DNA of 64,000 nucleotides from Leptonemataceae bacterium (GTDB lineage Bacteria; Spirochaetota; Leptospiria; Leptospirales; Leptonemataceae): NCBI GenBank assembly GCA_965227295.1, contig OZ245742.1, positions 2,080,001 to 2,144,000 of the forward strand, read 5' to 3'. Shown piece by piece: positions 57,235 to 64,000 of this stretch (position 1 is its first letter; each line of letters starts with the position of its first letter). The notes under the pieces were generated by a model. It saw only the letters and a program-made list of their open reading frames with translations, ran no database searches and was not told where the DNA came from. The position numbers and the translations under genes were made by a program.

Positions 57235-58536
57235 ATGCTTTACGAACTGCACTCGCATCTCTACGGCTGCCTCACCGCCGAGGACCTGGAATTCCTGGCC
57301 GCCCGTAAACCGCCGCGCTGGAAAATCTTCCTCGACTCCTACCAGAAAACCTACGGCCGCCGCCCGGACATCGAACGGCTCTTTCAGCAAACTGCGGAGA
57401 GCAAACAGTTACTCGAAGAGTATTACTACTACATGGAAGCCGGTAACTTCGCGCGCTTCCAGACGGGCTTCGATCTCATCATCACCGTGGCGCACACCGA
57501 CGCCGAGGAGCTGGAGCTCGTCACGCGGCGAGTCCTCAACCACGACGACGCCGACTACGCCGAGTATCGCATGATCTTCCCGGTCCGTGACTCCGTGGAC
57601 ACGTTCGCCGAGAAGGTGCACGCGTGTTGTGAGGGCCTGCAGGCCGCGGGGCGCGAGAGCGCTAAGATCGGACGCCTGGCGGTTTCGCTGTGGCGCGACG
57701 AGACGATCGGCCGGCCGTTCTACGATAAGCTGCGCGAGCTCATGAACGCGCAATCGCTCGTCCGCGAAGTCGTGACGGCCGTCGACTTCTGTCACGTTGA
57801 AGAGGGCCATCCACCGAAACACAAGCGCGCCTTCTTTGAAGAAGTGCTGCGCGAGAATCGCGAGCGGCCGGAGCAGGCGCTGGCGATTCTCTATCACGTC
57901 GGCGAAAGTTTTACCGACAAGTCCGTCGAGTCCGCCGCGCGCTGGGTCGTCGAAGCGGCCGAAGCCGGCGCCCATCGCCTGGGTCACTGCATTGCCCTCG
58001 GCATCGATCCGGAGTATTACTCCGCGAAACCGCGGCGCACCGAGCTCGTGTCCGAACGCCTGGACCAGATCACGTTCGAGTTGCGCCATCGCGACGATCT
58101 GATCGCCGCCGGCTACGACGTCGATGCGGACGCGCTAAGTTATGAAGCACGAAAGTTAAACAATCTTACGCAGGATGATGCGATCCCGGTCGACTACGGC
58201 ACGCCCGCGCGGCGCGAGCAACTGCGGCGTTTTCAGGACTACTGCATGTCCCGCGTGCGTGCAACCGGCGCGATCATTGAATCGTGTCCCACATCGAACC
58301 TGCGCATCGCGGCGCTGGGAGATCCGCGCTTTCATCCGCTCGCGCGTTTTCTGAAAAACGGACTGCCCGTGGTCATCGGTGCCGACGATCCCGGCATTCT
58401 GCGCACGAGTTTGCGGCGCGAGCTTGCACTGGTGCGCGATTGGCCGGGCGTGAGTGAGGATGATGTGAGCGCAATGATCGAACGAGCCGCCGGCGCGACC
58501 TCGGAGATTTTGTCGGGGCGGGCTGCGCCTGCTTAG
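57235..58536 (+). CDS. Adenosine deaminase family amidohydrolase
   Basis: ELHSHLYG, HVGE, RLGH, ESCPTSN, GADDPG. Confidence 0.88.
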   Translation: MLYELHSHLYGCLTAEDLEFLAARKPPRWKIFLDSYQKTYGRRPDIERLFQQTAESKQLLEEYYYYMEAGNFARFQTGFDLIITVAHTDAEELELVTRRVLNHDDADYAEYRMIFPVRDSVDTFAEKVHACCEGLQAAGRESAKIGRLAVSLWRDETIGRPFYDKLRELMNAQSLVREVVTAVDFCHVEEGHPPKHKRAFFEEVLRENRERPEQALAILYHVGESFTDKSVESAARWVVEAAEAGAHRLGHCIALGIDPEYYSAKPRRTELVSERLDQITFELRHRDDLIAAGYDVDADALSYEARKLNNLTQDDAIPVDYGTPARREQLRRFQDYCMSRVRATGAIIESCPTSNLRIAALGDPRFHPLARFLKNGLPVVIGADDPGILRTSLRRELALVRDWPGVSEDDVSAMIERAAGATSEILSGRAAPA

Positions 58537-58566
58537 ATAGCACCCGCGGCCGGGCTCTTCAGCACA

Positions 58567-58821
58567 TCAACCTGGCAGTGATTCCACAAAGCTCCGCACT
58601 TCGAAGGCGGATTCACTGACCTGATCCAACTGTGCCGCGCGCTCCAGTCCGGCATGGGTTTCTCCGGAGCGAACCAGAAAGACGGCGGCCATAAATTCCG
58701 TAAGGAACGCAACCAATTCGGGCCGCTCCGGGGGTTTACGCGGGGAGTACGACCACTTGCGGAGTTTTCTCAGCGCGTCCTCGTCGCTGCCCTTGCCGAA
58801 TAGATTGAGTAATTTTTTCAT
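58567..58821 (-). CDS. Small hypothetical protein
   Basis: 84-aa ORF divergent from lexA; no motif. Confidence 0.4.
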   Translation of the reverse strand: MKKLLNLFGKGSDEDALRKLRKWSYSPRKPPERPELVAFLTEFMAAVFLVRSGETHAGLERAAQLDQVSESAFEVRSFVESLPG

Positions 58822-58955
58822 TTTAACTGTGCCCCCGGGCTGTTGCCCTGCCGCAGAAAAGCGTCGGCTCGCGCCCCATCTTTTTTTCCCACCCGCGACA
58901 TAATTTTACCTAAATTCTGTTGACTAAAAGCGCGATAGGCCACTATATGTTTACC

Positions 58956-59570
58956 ATGAAGGATCTCACCGGTAAACAATCAGCCATCCTTGACTACATA
59001 GAAGAGTACATCAACGCCCAGGGTTACCCGCCCACCATTCGGGAAATCGGCGAGAAGTTCTCAATCACCGCCAAGGGCGCCTACGACCACCTGAAAGCCA
59101 TCGAAAAGAAGGGCTACATCAAGTGCGAGAAGAACCGCAGCCGGGCCATCGAGCTGCTCAAGACGTCCAACGGGCAGGCTCCGCTGGAAACCGGGCGCGT
59201 GGTGAACATCCCGCTCCTCGGCCGGGTCGCGGCAGGTATGCCCATCCTCGCCGAAGAGAACATCGAGGAGTATCTCGCGTTTCCTCGAACCATGGTGGAC
59301 GACAACGGCGTCTTTGCCCTCCGAGTGGCCGGGGATTCCATGAAGGATGCCGGCATCCACGACGGAGACATCGCGGTCATCCAGAAGCAGGAGACGGCCC
59401 GGGACGGGGACATCGTTGTTGCGCTCCTCGACGACGAAGCCACGCTGAAGTACTTCCACAAAGAGAAGTCACGCATTCGGCTTCAGCCGGCGAACAAGGC
59501 CTACAAGCCGATCTACACGGCGGACGCGGTGATTCTCGGCAAGCTGGTCGGCATCTACCGGCAAATCTGA
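58956..59570 (+). CDS. lexA: SOS repressor
   Basis: GYPPTIREIG, GRVAAGMP cleavage site, GDSM, ATLK; start at ATG 58956. Confidence 0.96.
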   Translation: MKDLTGKQSAILDYIEEYINAQGYPPTIREIGEKFSITAKGAYDHLKAIEKKGYIKCEKNRSRAIELLKTSNGQAPLETGRVVNIPLLGRVAAGMPILAEENIEEYLAFPRTMVDDNGVFALRVAGDSMKDAGIHDGDIAVIQKQETARDGDIVVALLDDEATLKYFHKEKSRIRLQPANKAYKPIYTADAVILGKLVGIYRQI

Positions 59571-59681
59571 CGCGGCGCACAACGGTTTGTTACCGAACGG
59601 AAGAAGCATTCATTTTTGAATTGCGCCCGGTCCCGTTTATTGGCTAAGTAAGTGCATTAAACACAAGGAAAAGTCACCTTG

Positions 59682-59822
59682 CCAGGGGGAGTTCCCTGGG
59701 GGTGACGGAAGACCGAAAGCGGTCGGGCAGGGCTGCCCGGAGGGTGGCCCGGTCGCGCGAAGCGCGAGCCCGAACGCGGTCGCGAAGCGATTCGGGCTGG
59801 AGTCAGGGGGCGAAGCCCCCTT
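59682..59822. repeat. Cluster of short hairpins downstream of lexA
   Basis: GACCG-AAAG-CGGTC, TCGCGC-GAA-GCGCGA, AGCCCGAA..TTCGGGCT, GGGGGC-GAA-GCCCCC. Confidence 0.65.
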
Positions 59823-59894
59823 CATAAACATCTCCTGTCTTGCCTGTTTCTTTCCGGTCCACTCGACCTTTTCCTGTACTTAAAGAGGCCATTT

Positions 59895-61238
59895 GTGAGT
59901 AATCGGAATCCGTTCATCATACAAAAACTTGCACTCGCCTGCGCCATCGCCGCGTTCCTTGCCACCGGCGCGGCCTGTAGCAGCGACACCAACATCAACC
60001 AACTGCTCGGTAACTCACGCACTTATAACGACGAGCAGGGTCTGATCCTCGGGGCCATCAATACGGCAAACTTCATTGGGCCGTACGTCCGTATCACGCC
60101 CGCGGCGGGTAGCATCACCATCGACGTGCGCAATTCCAGCGCGCGCACGTACAACTACAGCCCGTCCTGTACCGGGACGGCGAATAACGAGACCTTCTAC
60201 TTTTTCGTGAAACGCAGTTCCACCGGTAGCAACAAGCTCCTGGTGAACTTCATGGGCGGCGGGGCCTGCTGGGACGGGAAGAACTGCTTCGGCGACAATA
60301 CCACGACCTATTTCAACGTACTGAACAGCCTGCCGGACTTTCTATTGAACGTGGCCTTCAACGGAGTCCTGAACGAACAGAACCCCAACAATCCTTTCTG
60401 GGATTACAACGTTGTCTTTGTTCCGTACTGCACCGGCGACATCCACTGGGGCTCGCAGAATCAAACCTACACCAATCCCAACACCGGGGCGTCCACCGAG
60501 ATTCGTCACCGCGGTTTCGACAACGCCATGGCCACGTTGAATTACATGCGTTCGGCCTTTCCGAACGCCACGCGCGTCTACGTCACCGGACAGAGTGCCG
60601 GCGGCTACGGCGCCATGTATCACTTCCCGTTCATCGCGGAGAGCTTTCCGAATGCGCAGGTGGATCTTTTGAGCGATGCGGCAAACGGCGTCATTACGTC
60701 TAACTTCAACTCCAGTACCATCAACAATTGGGGCATCTCCGCGACGTTGCCGGACTGGATCTCCGGTATTGACGCGGGCAGTATCTCCACGCTCAGTGTC
60801 GGCGACATCATGAAGAACATCGGGAATCACTATCCCACGTCGTTGCTCGGTCAGTACACCGCGCGTTACGACGGCAACCAGCGGTACTTCTATCACGTCA
60901 TGACGGTCATCGATTCCGGCGCGACCTACCAGGATACTTCCAGTTTCTACGGCGCCAGCGACGGCAGTGAAATGCCCATCAGCGAATCGCAGACCTGGTG
61001 TTCGACGATGCTCTCCGAGGTGAGCAAAGCCCAGGCGGCTTCCAACTACCGCTCCTACATCGCGCCGGGGGACGTGCATACGATCACCACTTCGGATGAC
61101 ATGCACAGCGTCGTCAGCGCCGGTGTGAATTTTACAGACTGGATCAACGCTCAGTTGGCCGGCGGTACCGCGTGGGGTAGCGTCCAGTGTACGGCCTGCA
61201 ATGAGCCCGCGAATCTGGGCGGGAACTCCTGTCCCTGA
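59895..61238 (+). CDS. Pectinacetylesterase/Notum-family lipoprotein
   Basis: Lipobox GAAC; FMGGGACW, VPYCTGDIH, TGQSAGGYG. Confidence 0.88.
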   Translation: MSNRNPFIIQKLALACAIAAFLATGAACSSDTNINQLLGNSRTYNDEQGLILGAINTANFIGPYVRITPAAGSITIDVRNSSARTYNYSPSCTGTANNETFYFFVKRSSTGSNKLLVNFMGGGACWDGKNCFGDNTTTYFNVLNSLPDFLLNVAFNGVLNEQNPNNPFWDYNVVFVPYCTGDIHWGSQNQTYTNPNTGASTEIRHRGFDNAMATLNYMRSAFPNATRVYVTGQSAGGYGAMYHFPFIAESFPNAQVDLLSDAANGVITSNFNSSTINNWGISATLPDWISGIDAGSISTLSVGDIMKNIGNHYPTSLLGQYTARYDGNQRYFYHVMTVIDSGATYQDTSSFYGASDGSEMPISESQTWCSTMLSEVSKAQAASNYRSYIAPGDVHTITTSDDMHSVVSAGVNFTDWINAQLAGGTAWGSVQCTACNEPANLGGNSCP

Positions 61239-61290
61239 TTCCCGGATTTATTTCCCTTGACCCACCTGAAATCCTCTCTACGTTACCGGG

Positions 61291-61776
61291 ATGCAGGTAG
61301 GCAAAAACAAAGTCGTAACGATTGACTACACACTGAAGGCAGAAGACGGCACGCTGCTCGACAAGAGCGAGTCGGGCCAGCCCCTTGCCTACATCCACGG
61401 CATCGGTAATCTCATCCCCGGTGTCGAAAAGGCCCTGGAGGGCAAGGGCACCGGCGAAAACGTCAAGGTCGTGGTCAGCCCGGAAGAGGGCTACGGCATC
61501 CGCAACGAGGCGCTGGTGCAGACCATGCCGAAGGCCCAGTTCGATTTCGTTGACGAGGTCTCCGTGGGCATGCAGTTCCAGGCCCAGGACCAGTCCGGCC
61601 ATCCCGTCATTCTTACCGTTACCGGGGTCGAGGGCGAGGAAGTCACCCTCGACGGCAATCATCCTCTCGCCGGACTCAAGCTTGATTTCGACATCACCGT
61701 AGCCGATATTCGGGATGCGACGTCCGAAGAACTCGATCACGGTCACGTGCACGGTCCGGGCGGACACCAGCATTAG
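61291..61776 (+). CDS. slyD: FKBP-type peptidyl-prolyl isomerase
   Basis: PEEGYG, DGNHPLAG, His-rich tail HGHVHGPGGHQH. Confidence 0.93.
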   Translation: MQVGKNKVVTIDYTLKAEDGTLLDKSESGQPLAYIHGIGNLIPGVEKALEGKGTGENVKVVVSPEEGYGIRNEALVQTMPKAQFDFVDEVSVGMQFQAQDQSGHPVILTVTGVEGEEVTLDGNHPLAGLKLDFDITVADIRDATSEELDHGHVHGPGGHQH

Positions 61777-61784
61777 AAGCGCTT

Positions 61785-62216
61785 ATGCCGAACAATCCCT
61801 ACGTGCGGGCTATCAAACTGTTCAATCCATCGGTTGATCTGGCCGTGGACGATGCGGATCCGCGCCGTCGGGTGCGGAACCGGCGGCCGCCGGTGAATCC
61901 GGCGGAGGGGCTGTTGGGCGAGGAAGATGATTCGCCGTCCGCGGAAGCGGCGAGCGAACCGGCGCCCAGGCGCGCGGCGGCTCCGGTTGCGGCGGCCGCA
62001 TCTGCGGCCAGGCCGCCGGCAGTGCCCGCCGATGATGGTATGTCCGTCTCCGCCGACGGAGATTTCGACAGCGGCCCCGATGCTACCGGCGCCGGCACTG
62101 CCGAGGACTCCGGGGACGAGCCGGCCGAACGGTTTCAGGGCGCGACGCTCGGCGAGGTTCCCGACGCCATCGATGCAGATCTGGCGGCGGAATTTCCGGA
62201 ACCCGTCGATCTCTGA
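61785..62216 (+). CDS. Low-complexity acidic hypothetical protein
   Basis: Tightly spaced between slyD and next gene. Confidence 0.55.
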   Translation: MPNNPYVRAIKLFNPSVDLAVDDADPRRRVRNRRPPVNPAEGLLGEEDDSPSAEAASEPAPRRAAAPVAAAASAARPPAVPADDGMSVSADGDFDSGPDATGAGTAEDSGDEPAERFQGATLGEVPDAIDADLAAEFPEPVDL

Positions 62217-62222
62217 ACACGG

Positions 62223-63092
62223 ATGAGCGCGGGCAACAAAGTAGACGGTATTATGGTGCGGGTATTCATCGCCTTGCTGGTGGTGGTGCTCCTGATTCTC
62301 ATTCCCTTCTTCTCGCGAGAGAAGAGCTTATATCATCTGGTCCTGTTGATTACACTCGACCTGGGCCTGGTGGCCTCGCTGATCGCGAACTTCGTGCTCT
62401 ACCGGCGCATTCGCATTCTGCGCGGCGACGACCCGCCGGCGAAAAAGAAAAGCAAACGTTCGAAGAAGGCCGCGCGCGCCGCGGCGCCGCGTCTACGTTA
62501 CGATCCCAAGGATCTGCCGGATCCAGGGCTCATTTTTCGTTTTGATCTTTCAAAAAGCGACGGTCGCAAACGCATCGTCATCGGCCAGACCGAAGGGACG
62601 ATCAAGACTTTCAGTACCGAAATCATCAACGGCCACCTGGAATTCGAACTGCGCGTGAAGGACGATCCGGACAAGGACATCTACGAACAATCAAAGGCCA
62701 TCGTGCAGAATTACCAGATCGATCTGCGCCGCGGCGGCCGGGCGATGATCTATTACCCCGGCATGGAACGTTTTCGGGAGATGGACGCGCGGGAACGCAT
62801 CGTCGTGCAGCCCGAGGCCGATCAGTCCGGCGACTTCCAGTTCGATCACATCTCCGCGAAGAATCCCATTCGCTTTCAGATCGGCGATCGCCTGCGTCAC
62901 GACGGCAAGTTCTCGAAGGGCTACTTCGAGTTTCATCTGTTCACGAAAGATCACGAAACCGAGGTGGCCGGTTACAAGCGCCTGGATAAAATGTTTTTCC
63001 TGCGCATCTACAAAATCTTCCCCGGCTACGATACGGCGCATCCCGACGACGAAGGGCTGTACCCGATGATCGATCCGTACGTCAGCCGTTAA
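62223..63092 (+). CDS. Two-TM protein with cytoplasmic beta-rich domain
   Basis: Two hydrophobic segments, basic linker, 6 bp upstream of tubulin-like gene. Confidence 0.75.
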   Translation: MSAGNKVDGIMVRVFIALLVVVLLILIPFFSREKSLYHLVLLITLDLGLVASLIANFVLYRRIRILRGDDPPAKKKSKRSKKAARAAAPRLRYDPKDLPDPGLIFRFDLSKSDGRKRIVIGQTEGTIKTFSTEIINGHLEFELRVKDDPDKDIYEQSKAIVQNYQIDLRRGGRAMIYYPGMERFREMDARERIVVQPEADQSGDFQFDHISAKNPIRFQIGDRLRHDGKFSKGYFEFHLFTKDHETEVAGYKRLDKMFFLRIYKIFPGYDTAHPDDEGLYPMIDPYVSR

Positions 63093-63098
63093 TCGCTT

Positions 63099-64000
63099 AT
63101 GTCCACGTTTCACGAATCGGCGCGCAAGATCATTGAAACCGATGTACCCACGGTACGGAAGTCGATCATGATCGGCCTCGGCGGTTCGGGCATGAAGGGC
63201 ATCGGCGCCGCGAAGGCGTACATCGAAAAGAACATGCCTCGCGAAGCGCGGCGTTACATGCGCTGGGTCGGCATCGACACCACGGACATCGGAACCTCGA
63301 TTGAAGGCCAGGGCGGTCGCTATCGTTTCCCCGGCAAGGATCAGTTTTACCAGGAGGACGATCGCTCGTTGTACATCGGAGCGCCGACGCCCTCGGAGCT
63401 TTCGCTGGAATACCTTCGTAAGCTTCGCGAAGATGAAGTTTACCACTGGTTCCCGGATCCGGACGTTTACACGGTTTCCACCCGCGCCGGTCAGGGCGCC
63501 AACCAGACGCGCCCCCTGGGGCGGCTGGCGTTTTTTCACAATTACGAACGCATCCGTGAGGCCCTGGTCGCCGAGAAAGATCGGCTCATGGACCTCGGCA
63601 ACGATCCGCAGTACTTCAAGCTCATGGACTTGCAGGAAAAGTCCGACATCGTCGCCGATGAAACCGTCATTACGCCTCAACGCGGCGTGGATCGGTACTA
63701 CATCTTCCCGAACCTGCCCGCGCACCACGACATCGTCTCGCTGGAAATGGACGAAGCCGCGCGTTCGCTCCTGTGCCCGCACATCCCGGCGGAGAAGATC
63801 ACGCCGGCCATCTTTCCCCGGGACGCGAAGGGCCCGTACTTCGAAATGGATTCCGGCCGCATGCCCGCGCAAATGCGTTTTAAGATTCGCCACGCCGCGC
63901 GGGAAGCGGCCGTTTCGGTGTTCATTACCGGCTCGGTGGTCGGCGGTACCGGCAACGGCATGTTCCTGGACATGGCCGCGCTCGTGCATGACGTCTTTAA
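63099..64000 (+). CDS. Tubulin-like (Tubulin_2 type) GTPase-domain protein, 5' part
   Basis: Own translation, absent from ORF track: IGLGGSG, GIDTT, GQGANQTRPLGRLAF, GSVVGGTGNGMFLD; open to window end. Confidence 0.88.
   Translation, partial: MSTFHESARKIIETDVPTVRKSIMIGLGGSGMKGIGAAKAYIEKNMPREARRYMRWVGIDTTDIGTSIEGQGGRYRFPGKDQFYQEDDRSLYIGAPTPSELSLEYLRKLREDEVYHWFPDPDVYTVSTRAGQGANQTRPLGRLAFFHNYERIREALVAEKDRLMDLGNDPQYFKLMDLQEKSDIVADETVITPQRGVDRYYIFPNLPAHHDIVSLEMDEAARSLLCPHIPAEKITPAIFPRDAKGPYFEMDSGRMPAQMRFKIRHAAREAAVSVFITGSVVGGTGNGMFLDMAALVHDVF

Noticed and set aside
58860..58955. LexA box and sigma70 promoter before lexA
   Set aside because: TTGACT is present at 58920, but the -10 is poor and no Leptospira-type TTTG-N5-CAAA palindrome was seen
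62691..63989. 432-aa minus-strand ORF
   Set aside because: Antisense shadow of the tubulin-like gene and its upstream neighbour
63099..64000. ftsZ
   Set aside because: Lacks FtsZ NTD and GAG..P..G signatures and dcw context; motifs fit Tubulin_2-type proteins
1..64000. Numerous short overlapping or antisense ORFs in the track; tRNA/rRNA genes
   Set aside because: ORFs are expected shadows in high-GC DNA; no tRNA or rRNA signature recognised by eye

Overview
High-GC bacterial chromosome segment, most consistent with a Leptospiraceae-like spirochaete (LexA starting MKDLT..GAYDHLKAIEKKG, Leptospira-style LpxA, several lipoproteins, MBOAT+SGNH pair, ribH-nusB-TPR-HEAT order); the taxonomy is inference. 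Most of the window is housekeeping or transport (DAACS symporter, RND pump, lpxA, cysM, fabG, TonB receptor, amtB with two P-II genes under a sigma54-type promoter, ribH, nusB, lexA, slyD). About 10.2-24 kb is an accessory conflict/defence patch. It holds two large AT-rich integron-type cassettes with intact attC sites but no integrase in the window (a PD-(D/E)XK-like nuclease and a Sll1717-type ATPase), an AbiTii-domain gene, two orphan HExxH toxin tails each followed by a lipoprotein, a HINT remnant, a broken HipA-like kinase with an intact HIRAN partner, and several internally deleted gene remnants. Other notable items: a non-coding tandem array with a 329-bp period (32.9-33.75 kb), four copies of a MITE-like element, an FG-GAP lipoprotein with a toxin-like C-terminal domain ending in KDEL, three tail-collar paralogues, and a tubulin-like GTPase running off the right edge that the ORF track missed. 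No rRNA, tRNA or CRISPR array was recognised. All calls are by eye, without database searches.
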